A stretch of 64,000 nucleotides of DNA, taken from positions 48,484,001 through 48,548,000 of the forward strand of contig OX638150.1 in assembly GCA_951804945.1 (NCBI GenBank). The letters run 5' to 3'. The DNA is from Podarcis cretensis. Taxonomy: Eukaryota. Position numbers and translations under genes: made by a program. The notes under the pieces are model-generated. The model searched no databases, was not told the DNA's origin, and saw only the letters and a program-made list of their open reading frames with translations. Below are positions 54,747 through 64,000 of this stretch, in pieces; positions within the stretch are counted from its first letter, which is position 1, and each line of letters begins with the position of its first letter.

Positions 54747-54940
54747 CAGGCAGCCCCCTGTTTAAGTGTGTTCAATATGTGGACCCGGAAGTGACTGAGA
54801 AACTACCTAAAGATGTCACTGAAATGTCACTAAAAGGGTAGAGCAGGTGTCTGCAGTCTTTTTCAATGGGTTTCAGTTATACACGACCAACGCGCACTGT
54901 GCCTTGGAACATAACCCCTTCGTAAACGGCGGGCTGCCTG
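54747..54940. mobile_element. Tc1/mariner (Tigger-like) MITE, 194 bp
   Basis: TA|CAGGCAGCCCCCTGTTTA ... TAAACGGCGGGCTGCCTG|TA. Confidence 0.88.
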
Positions 54941-54944
54941 TATA

Positions 54945-55264
54945 CAGTGGTGCCCCGCAAGACGAACGCCTCATAAGACGGAAAACCCGCTAGACGAAAG
55001 GGTTTTCCGTTTTGGAGGCGCTTCGCAAAACGAATTTCCCTATGGGCTTGCTTCACAAGACGAAATGTCTTGCGAGTTTTTCCGACTTTTTTTTCCTTCC
55101 CCCCCCCTTTTTCTAAGCCCTAAGCCGCTTATCAGCTGATCCGCTAAAAGCCGCTAATAGCGCTAATCCGCTAAGCTGTCAATGGGCTTGCTTCGCAAGA
55201 CGAAAAAACCGCTATACGAAGAGCCTCACGGAACGGATTAATTTCGTCCTGCAAGGCACCACTG
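54945..55264. mobile_element. Tc1/mariner (Tigger-like) MITE, 320 bp, CpG-rich
   Basis: TA|CAGTGGTGCCCCGCAAGACGAA ... TTCGTCCTGCAAGGCACCACTG|TA. Internal repeats of (c)aagacgaa and ccgcta. Confidence 0.93.
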
Positions 55265-57942
55265 TATATAATTAATTAAAAGTATAGAAATTATAGTCTC
55301 ATATTTTATCCAGAAAGCTGCATTAAGGTAGGGAGGGAGAGAAAATAAGTATCTTACTAGTTTAGTAATAACATTTTACTTAATTCTCTTTCTTTACAAG
55401 CTAGTGATTTATTGATCACAAAAGTGGTTCAGCATCAAAATACTGATCTCAAATGGCTTGGAATCTCCCACAAGGAGAGAAATGATGTTATTTTTGCAAA
55501 TTCAGTTTGTGCAAATACAAAAGGAGTAACTGCCATTGATGATTGTAATTCTCATAAAACCAAAGAAACGTCAGTACAGATGAGAGAACATTCTTTTGTT
55601 TTTACCACTGGGAATGGTGGAAAGTGGCACTTGGTTCTTTCAGCATGCTGCCATCAACTTTTCAGCACATTGTGAATATAAACTAAGCCGACGTCTTTTG
55701 CTTTTCCCTTTAATGAAGCAAGGCAGAATGTGTGTTTTTGCTCTTGCAGACCTATTCCCTCTGTGAGCCAATAAAGAAATTAGCATCATAGCACAAAGCT
55801 TTATGGCAGCAGCTTGCTTATCATTAAAGTTAGAAAGCAGGGTTTAATTTTCTTTTTTAAAAAAATTGCATTCCTTTGATTTTAAAGTATCATAGCACTT
55901 TTACTGGGGTTTTTTTGCATGCCACGTCAAAGTTTATTTCATGATAATTATTTGTTCCTTTTTAAAATAAAAAATAAAGCACAATATGAGACAGCATTAG
56001 GGTTACAGCATTTGATAAGCTGTACTTCCTGCTTATCTATTTTCAAAGTCTTACAGAACTGCTTATCATATGTGGTCAGGCAGCAGTGGAACTCCCCATC
56101 CCCTTGGCTCCAATGAGGGACATGGCCAGGGGTTTTCCCAGGCTGGCACAACCCTGTTTGGTCTTCATCCCAGCCAGCTGGGATTGTAGCCTGTCCTCAA
56201 ATTGCCAATCGTGGGCAAGCTGCAGTACTGGCTCCGCCCTGGGGGCGGACTTGACCAAGCTCACAGGCTTCACTCCAGTCCACTCCTGGGCACTTTCCAC
56301 CTCTTCATCAGCTCCTCATCTGTTTTCAAAGTCTTACAGTAACAGTTCACAGGTAGCATAACAGTAACAAGTCTTGTGTTTTCTGAATGTAATTTCCAAG
56401 ATGCAGCATTGATTTCTGACTGAACCTCTTGTTTTGCTTTGTTTATATTTGTGTTTTAGAAAGTTAGTAGGTACAGGGAAAACAAACGGAATTTGTCATT
56501 GGTTTCTTTGTTCTGATAGGAATTGATAATAAAAGCAAGGAAAAGAAAAGAAGTGTGCAAATGGTTAGACCCATTGATTCCTTAACTGGCATCATAGAAA
56601 CAAAATTGTATTTTACTATTGTTTCTCTAGAATCGTTATTAATTGATTCCTTATTGGAATACCAATCCCCACATTTCTGATTATGGCCTGCTCCATAGAG
56701 AGCATGTTCTGAGAAACTGATGGAAAAAATAAAATAAAAGTGTGAAATACATCAATTACAGTGGGAAAATACAGAGTGGGTTGGCATTGGATCAAGGGCA
56801 TCTATAGTTTAACTAAAATTGCAGTAGTAACTGTGTTTTTTAAAAAAAGAATTATGAAGCAGTATATACTGAAGCACTTTAAATCTCAGAGAAACAAGGA
56901 GCAAAGGCCAGCATGCTGGTGTAAGGTATTTTTGTGCAGTCTGGCTGCTGCTGTTGTTATAGTGTGTTTCCTAGATTAATTCTTTACATATTATTACATA
57001 CATGTTTTTAATGCAATAAATGCAGAAATGTGAAGGGAAGGGGGATCCAGATCTTTTTTCTGCAGATACTTGCTGTTGCATTTCCCCACCATTTCTTTCC
57101 TGTTCTGTTCTGTGTACTATACTGTTCTTAGTGAAAGTAGCCTCTGATCTATGGGTCTAACCGTATATAATGTATAGGAGCTGCGTGTAATATTATTAGG
57201 GATGGTAGGTGTGCTTTATTGTGCAAAGGACATCAGCAACATACCTGGTTGACGACCTGCAGGAGTTAGGTACCTGTGCACACCAGGTGCTCCACACAAC
57301 CAGAAACAGCCTCATTCTCTTATGTGGGAGAACTGGGAAGGGGAGCAGAATGATTTGTGATCACATTCCATATGAACATTAGATATCCCTTGTGAATATT
57401 GGGTTGGAATGGTGCAGTTACAGAAAACACAGCTTTCAGATAACTCTGATTAAGAGCAAACTGTTTTATAAATTATAAGGAGAAAAATGCTTTAAATGCA
57501 TTAAGTATCTATCATTCCTGGATTTGTACACTGACCAGAAAGAGACTCTTGGATCATTACACAGTTGCATAAAATCCTGATTAAGAAGGATTTTCACAAC
57601 AGACCATAACTGCTTTAAGAAAGCTGTTAAGAAAATCTGCTAATTAAGCATCCAGTTAAAAGTGCATCCAATATGTGTTTACATTCTATATAAATTCTTT
57701 TCCACTGATGAATGTACTTTATATTTCCCATTTTCCATTGCAATGACTCATGGTAAAATTCAGGATGAAATTCTACAACAGGGTCTAGAACAGGGTTGGC
57801 TAACCTGTGCCCCTCCAGATGTTGTTTGTTTGTTAAACCATGCATCAACGTTTAGATTATGATACATATCCAAAAAACACAAGGAATACTAAAAGCAGCA
57901 AATAATTCAGCAAGAAACAACCAGGAGTCAGCTCAGTAATCT

Positions 57943-58220
57943 CTAAAGGCTAGGAGGAATAAATATGTCTTCATTTGACATCTGAAGACCAATTGTATGA
58001 GGGACAGTTTTATCACCACCAGGAAAAAGTCCCCACAACTGGGACACCATATAAAAGAAAAGTCTGCTCTGAGTCCCCACTGAATGAACTTTTATAGACA
58101 AGACCACCAGCAGAAACCCCCCTAAAAATATTAAGGCACAGGCTGACAGATCATGGGAGAGACACAACTTCAAGTTATTGTCTTATACACTGGAGTCAGC
58201 ACCTTGAATTAGGCCTGTAG
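57943..58220 (-). mobile_element. L2-type LINE 3' fragment, degenerate
   Basis: Minus strand reads SRLFFYMVSQLWGLFP, a decayed RAFSV.AP.LWN.LP, followed by cttcagatgtcaaatgaagacatatttattc. Confidence 0.6.
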
Positions 58221-58508
58221 TAAATGGGCAGCAAGTGCAGTACTCTGATGCAATTCAGTCTCATGGCAGTACTCTTCAATCTACCAGCAAAGTCCTTCTT
58301 CAGGGTTCATCTGTGGCACTAAAACCATTAATGTAACCTTACCTAATCATAAATTAATGTAATCTCATCCCTCATATACCCAATTGGTCTCTGTGTTCTG
58401 CAGGGGAGAGCATCCTGCAAATAACATCTTATCAGGAGCTTCATTCCTCACAGTTTCAGAATGGGGCTTTTAGTGTGGTGACACCCACGCTTTGTGACTT
58501 GCTGTATA

Positions 58509-58719
58509 CGGTGGTACCTCGGGTTAAGAACTTAATTCATTCTGGAGGTCTGTTTTGACCTGAAAGTGTTCTTAACCTGAGGTACCACTTTAGCTAATGG
58601 GGCCTCCCGCGCCGCCGCTGCATGATTTCTGTTCTCATCCTGAAGCAAAGTTCTTAACCCGAGGTACTATTTCTGGGTTAGCGGAATCTGTAACCTGAAG
58701 CATCTGTAACCCAAGGTAC
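58509..58719. mobile_element. Tc1/mariner MITE with truncated right TIR
   Basis: Left end TA|CGGTGGTACCTCGGGTTAAGAA. Internal and terminal reverse-complement copies taacc(c/t)gaggtac at about 58573, 58655 and 58707. The terminal CACTG is missing. Confidence 0.8.
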
Positions 58720-58724
58720 AGGAA

Positions 58725-59030
58725 GGCACTGTGGTCTAATACCCGTGACAGGGTGAGCTCCTGCTGCTCGGTCCCTGCTCCTGCCAACCTAGCACTCCAA
58801 AGCACGTCAAAGTGCAAGTAGATAAATAGGTGCCGCTCTGGCGGGAAGGTAAATAGCATTTCCGTGTGCTGCTCTGGTTCGCCAGAAGCGGCTTAGTCAT
58901 GCTGGCCACATGACTCGGAAAAACTGTCTGTGGACAAACTTCGGCTCCATTGGCCAGTAAAGCAAGATGAGCGCCACAACCCCAGAGTTGTCCATGACTG
59001 GACTTAACGGTCAGGGGTCCCTTTACCTTT
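58725..59030 (+). mobile_element. Sauria SINE with a deletion in the tRNA-derived head
   Basis: ggcactgtggtctaa is joined directly to cccgtgacagggtgagctcc. Core gcaagtagataaatagg and 3' ggtcaggggtccctttaccttt as in 32395-32746. Confidence 0.9.
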
Positions 59031-61544
59031 ATATATCAGGTAGGCATCATTTCTATTGTCTTTTTTGCCTCTGCTGAACATTTTCATCTTTCAACAAGCC
59101 TTCTAAGTGGATATTTTTATCCCAGCCAGTATCTATACTTGGTTTGTAATTTTTTTAACTGTTACTCTTTTTGGCAACTGATATATAATACTGTAATAAC
59201 CTTATATTATACTACTTGCTGGTCCTCCTGCATTCCATAACATCTGAAGCGCCTTTCATTTTGGTGGTTAGTTTGACATTATTCCAAACATACTTCCCAA
59301 CTCTGTCAAGGGCTCCTTCCTGATACAAATGTTTTATTCCTGTTCAAGTAGCAAGTTGTTGTTCACTATGGATCCAAGGAAGCAAAATGTATTAATTATT
59401 TTAAAGGGAGAATTTTTAGGTTGATCTGAGATGGTTGCATGACAATTTATCCCACGGCTGTGGTTGTCTTAAGGAAACTAAGAAGATGAATAAAGGAGGC
59501 AACAGGTTTTCTACTTTGCTTTGTTCATGAGCTATGAGCACAGCAACAACCATTCCCTAATGGAGACATGCCACACTTTGGACAAGCAAGACTACATTAC
59601 TGATCATCTAATGCGGTTTGGAAAAAAAAGGAGTTTTTACAAATAGAAGGAGCCCACGTCAATGTGCAAATAGAAGGAATTTGTGCAATGAAGGAGCCCA
59701 AATGTAGTAGTCAGTAGAATGTACATGCTACATGTAGTCCCTGCATATAGTACAGATTAAAGAAAGGGATTAGGGGAGCTTTACAAAAGCTGTTCACACT
59801 AAGGATGAGCTTCACAATAAACATTTTACCTGTGACCTTCTGGTATTGGAACCATTTTTTCAGGATATCAGCAGTGCAGAAATGTTGGAAATTGTATTTC
59901 AAAGTTTTTTCAAAATATGTAGATCCATCATCACTTTTTGTCACAGTTTTGTCACATCTTTGCCCCTCACTGTCCTGGAGCATATCTATGTCTCCCTCTG
60001 TCATACTTTAGCTGTAGGATTCCTCACCGATGAATGACCTAGAGGCCCCGGACCTTAGCGAAGCTCAGGAAGAGTCAGGAATCTTAGTCTAAGGAACCTG
60101 GGGATCACCCTATGTGTAGTGCCAGAAGCTCCAGCTTGAAAGTCTCAGTACCAAGCTGAAGGAACTGTTGGAACAATATCTTTCTAGTAGCTCTGTATGG
60201 CAGTCACAACTAATTTACCTGAACTGCTGCCTCTTGACCATGCCCCTGCCTGAACTGATAGATATCTTTCATAGCCCCTGGACTGGTTTGGGGGTCTTAC
60301 AGCAGAGCCTTTCCATCTGGGACCTTGCCTTGAAATGGAGCATTTTCCCATTTACAAATAATTCCTCCTTTGGAATTGTGTGACTAGGATAGCTGTTGTA
60401 TTTGTCTCTCAGGACCCATGTATCTCAGTACATTTTTTCTGGTACTGTGTGTGTAATGGGTCGGGGGAGGAATTTTGAAATGTCATTGTTAAGTAGCTTG
60501 GATCTGGGAAAAGGTAATACCTTGCCTTAGTTTCTGCAAATACACAAGTGTATTAAGGCATTAAAAAAATGGTTCTGTTTTAAACCAGTCTTTGAACCCC
60601 GTTGAGGCCACGCTGTTACTAGTTTCTAAATTCCTTCTTCATAGCCAAAAGGGAGAAGTTTGTCATTCCTGGTTTAGTATTATGTCTGAACCAGCCCTTT
60701 AAATTGATGTGAGCTGTTGGATTGAGCTGCTATTATTGCTGGGATATAATGCACTGCCATATGAAATCAAGAACAAGGATGCTGCCGTGTCCTTAAGACT
60801 TTCAGAAGTTATCAAATCATTGGGTTCTCGGTTAAAGATTGCTTACTGTGTGATATGTAGTATTTGCAGTAGTCTACTTCATGTTACAATGGCCTAGAAG
60901 TGCAATTCTTCCTAGATGCAGACAGATTTATGGCACTCTGTATTCATCATATTTCATCTCCTGAGGGAACCAAGTAACTTTTTGACAGGCGCCATAGTAT
61001 CTTTGTTTTTCAAAAGGGAACCTGTTTCTTTGTAAACTCATGTTCAGTAGCTGTATAACAATACTCTGTGGTTTAATCTGATCTCAAAAACTAATACTGT
61101 TTACTAAATCTCGTATGAATCTGTCAACAATACCTTTAACATGACAGAAATGCAACCGGCAGGACTAAATTTCATCGAGTACTGCTTAAATCTGTGTTCG
61201 TGATCATTTTCCCCGTCCTTCAAAATAAAACCAAAGACTGCTTTTCAACTTGTTATAGATTCTACAGAGAAGAAATGCAGCTGTAAGAATGCCAAGGTCT
61301 GAGTTCATTAGGAATGTGCAAGGTACAATCCATAGGAGTTATTGATTTTTCAACATTATTGGAAAAAATCAGTCATGCTTTTATTTTTTTCACAGAAAGA
61401 ACCGTGTGTGTGTGCGTGCGCATGCACGCGCTTTTCTGATAACATTCCACATCAACAAAGCATGAACAAAAACGATACAACAAAGAAAAAGAAAAATCTT
61501 TCCTTTCAAAGATTTCAAGGAATTGAGCAAAAAAAAAATCTGAA

Positions 61545-61925
61545 AATATTCTACTCCATTCTATTCCAGATTTGCAAATCTGTTCTAATTTCTTTCCAAG
61601 CCCTTGAGTAATTATCATTCAAGATATTGCGGTTATTTACTGTTAATCATATCCCCAGGTATTTTACTTTCTTTTCACTCTTCATACTTCTAATTCTTTC
61701 CAAGTCTTTTGTGAGTTGAGCATCCGTATTTTTACTAGCATTGTGACTAGTTGTTTTTGTTTGTTTAGTTTAAAACCTGCTAAGTTACCAAACTCCTTTA
61801 ATTCCTCCAAAACCACTGGTACACTTTCTAGTGGGTGTTCCAACGCCAAAACAACATCATCCACATAAGCTTTTAACTTACAACGTAGTTGGCCCACTTT
61901 TATACCCCTTATTTTGTCATTAATT
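61545..61925 (-). mobile_element. L1/Tx1-clade LINE reverse transcriptase fragment
   Basis: Minus strand translates IRGIKVGQLRCKLKAYVDDVVL...FGNLAGFKLNKQK...KVKYLGI, with stops and frameshifts. Confidence 0.85.
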
Positions 61926-63157
61926 CAATTAATACAAGTGTGTGCATTGTATCAGTGGAAATTGCTTCACAAAAGTGTGGTTGTTGGGAGGAATTGTACT
62001 AAATGCCAAGAAATTGTCATGAGGCCTTTAAAAAGAAATTGCAAACTGATGTGGAACAATAAGAACCAAATTTAAGATTGGAAAAATGAGAAATGGAAAG
62101 AAACAGAAACTTACATATTTGTCCACCTCTAATACCCACTACAAATAACCATATACTGTAAACTTAAAAACAAAAACAAAAACCACACCAAATCCTATGT
62201 ACCAATACCCCTCTATTCTCCATATTCCAAGTCTGAAAAGTTTAGTTAGGATTTAATATGTGAGTTAAATTGGTAACTCATTTTGAGAGCTTAGCATACA
62301 TTTTACTTAAGCTGTTTAACAAGTTCCACCATTGATAAACTAGACTTATTATGGAAGTTTAATAAATTTTGAAATGAACATAGAATCCTATACTAGGAAA
62401 CCATGTTAATTTGGGTCTTGTTGCTTTGTGCTCTCAAGTTCACAGTGATTTATTTATACTTTAATACCATTATCCATAGTATATAGTATAGGATGGGGAT
62501 TTTCTAATTGTTTCTTGTTCTTATATAAAAGAACTTTAATCATCTATATTTGCATTGATATTGCAAAAACAATAAATTTACAAAACTTACTGAGTCAGGT
62601 AAGTTCATTCTCTTAATTAATAGCCTTTCCCAATCCTCTTCTAATATTGATTTAGGCAAGCTGAGAACCAAAAGGTCAAGAAAAGGTAACTTCTTATCCA
62701 GATATGTGGTCTTGCTAGATCATGTTGAGGCACACTGCTGGAGACATTCCAGAGCTCTGCCCTCATTTACTTATGTTTTGCCCATTCTGATAAGCTATCT
62801 GCTCGACTGTGTATACCGCAGTTGAACAAAGAGAGCTTTTTAAAAAACATTTTCTGTCATATATTGTAAGGAAGAAAACTATGCTGTTTAATGCAGAGAA
62901 TGTTTCCCAAGTTGTATCTCTGCAACACATGAAGTCAATATTTGTATTGATGCATTCTGTCCACACATAGGATTAATATGTGGAGCACAGGGTGTGCCTT
63001 CTGGCTCCACTTCTGACACCTGTGCATTGAGTGTGGACAATTGCAGCTGATGCAATCCTTTGCAGGTGCCCATGCTCAATGCATAGACACTGGGGAGTGG
63101 GGATGGCACAACATATGATCTAAGGGACAGTTTTGTGGGCTGTTGCCTGCCTGTAGC

Positions 63158-63295
63158 CAGCCTTTCTCAACCTGTGGGTCCCCAGATGTTGTTGAACTAC
63201 AACTCCCATCACCCCTAGCTAGCAAGACCAGAGCTCAGGGATGATGGGAGTTGTAGTCCAACAACATCTGGGGACCCACAGGTTGAGAAACGCTG
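63158..63295. mobile_element. Near-perfect palindromic hAT-type MITE, 138 bp
   Basis: 54-bp arms with 2 mismatches (CAGCCTTTCTCAACC...ACTCCCATCA / TGATGGGAGT...GGTTGAGAAACGCTG). No intact TSD. Confidence 0.9.
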
Positions 63296-63598
63296 CAAGA
63301 CCAACACCAGATTTAGGGTGGTGTGGGTGGTTCCCTTGTTCAGGGCACAATGGAAAGCAAGAGGGATGACAGCATGAAAATAAGAAATATGGGGAGGGGT
63401 TTTGTCATCAGTTAGGGAACCATCACTTAGAGAAGCCTGTCCCTGTTCATACATTGCCTATTGCATGGAAGGAGCATGTGAGAGGACCAGGCCTGTACAG
63501 ACGGTGGGGGGAGCCAGGTATACATACCCCGGGCCTTGCTGGGATAAGCCAGCCAAGGTTCTGCCAGGAACCAGCTGCTTTTTTGATTGAGTTTATAG

Positions 63599-63785
63599 TA
63601 GGGTTGCCATATTTCAAAAAGTAAAAGCCAGGACACCCCAAAAGTTGTTGAGTTGTTGTTTTTTTTACAAAAACGCCAAAAACCTGCTATTTTTCAATTG
63701 ACTTGCCTAAGATCCAGGACAAAGTACCGCCTTTCAGAAATCCCCCCCCCCCCCGGATGTCAATTCCAGCTTTGAAATCCCATTA
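63599..63785. mobile_element. hAT-type element left end (TAGGGTTGCCA), right end not found
   Basis: TAGGGTTGCCATATTT terminus with repeated CCAGGACA subterminal motifs. Confidence 0.6.
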
Positions 63786-64000
63786 ATGTTAACTTTATTC
63801 TAACAAGACTGCCACCCCAGGGCTCAGACAAGCTCTGCACAGGCCTGGATAGGGCTATTGTTACTCTAAATAACTGATATGCTAAAAAGCTGTCATGAAA
63901 ATATACCTATATATTAATTTGGAGACTAAGAAATCTGCGCTAGCATAGTTAAAGTAGTGTATTATGTGAAGCTAATGGAAACCTGTCCTAGTATAATGTC

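Noticed and set aside
59995-60420. Possible solo LTR
   Set aside because: I could not define TG...CA ends with a TSD or a polyadenylation signal.
47100-64000. TENM2 EGF8 exon (DGCPDLCNGNGRC...)
   Set aside because: No matching Cys-rich frame was found by eye, so it presumably lies beyond the window.

Overview
This is eukaryotic, AT-rich genomic DNA from a squamate reptile, probably a lacertid lizard, judged from its Sauria SINEs and repeat content. The window lies inside teneurin-2 (TENM2) on the + strand. Six internal coding exons join in frame through AG/GT junctions: 10533-10738, 17835-18030, 22018-22119, 34772-34966, 45557-45757 and 46634-46819/46846. They encode the membrane-proximal extracellular linker with the RERR furin-type site and EGF-like repeats 1-7. 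I found neither the transmembrane exon nor the EGF8 exon in the window. About 98% of the window is intron, carrying SINEs, CR1/L2/L1/RTE/Rex1 LINE remnants, hAT and Tc1/mariner MITEs, Penelope-like fragments, microsatellites and one 180-N gap. Almost all ORF-track entries are noise, and there is no prokaryotic-type system. The best leads cluster at the alternatively spliced EGF7-EGF8 junction: tandem GT/GC donors (9-aa insert), an intronic element about 640 nt downstream that can base-pair over those donors or fold into competing helices and carries a GCATG cluster, and an 81-nt in-frame candidate cassette exon in a CpG-retaining patch at 52255-52335. A separate lead is a 77-bp near-perfect inverted repeat at 2615-2785. 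Gene and repeat-family names come from recall, not database searches.
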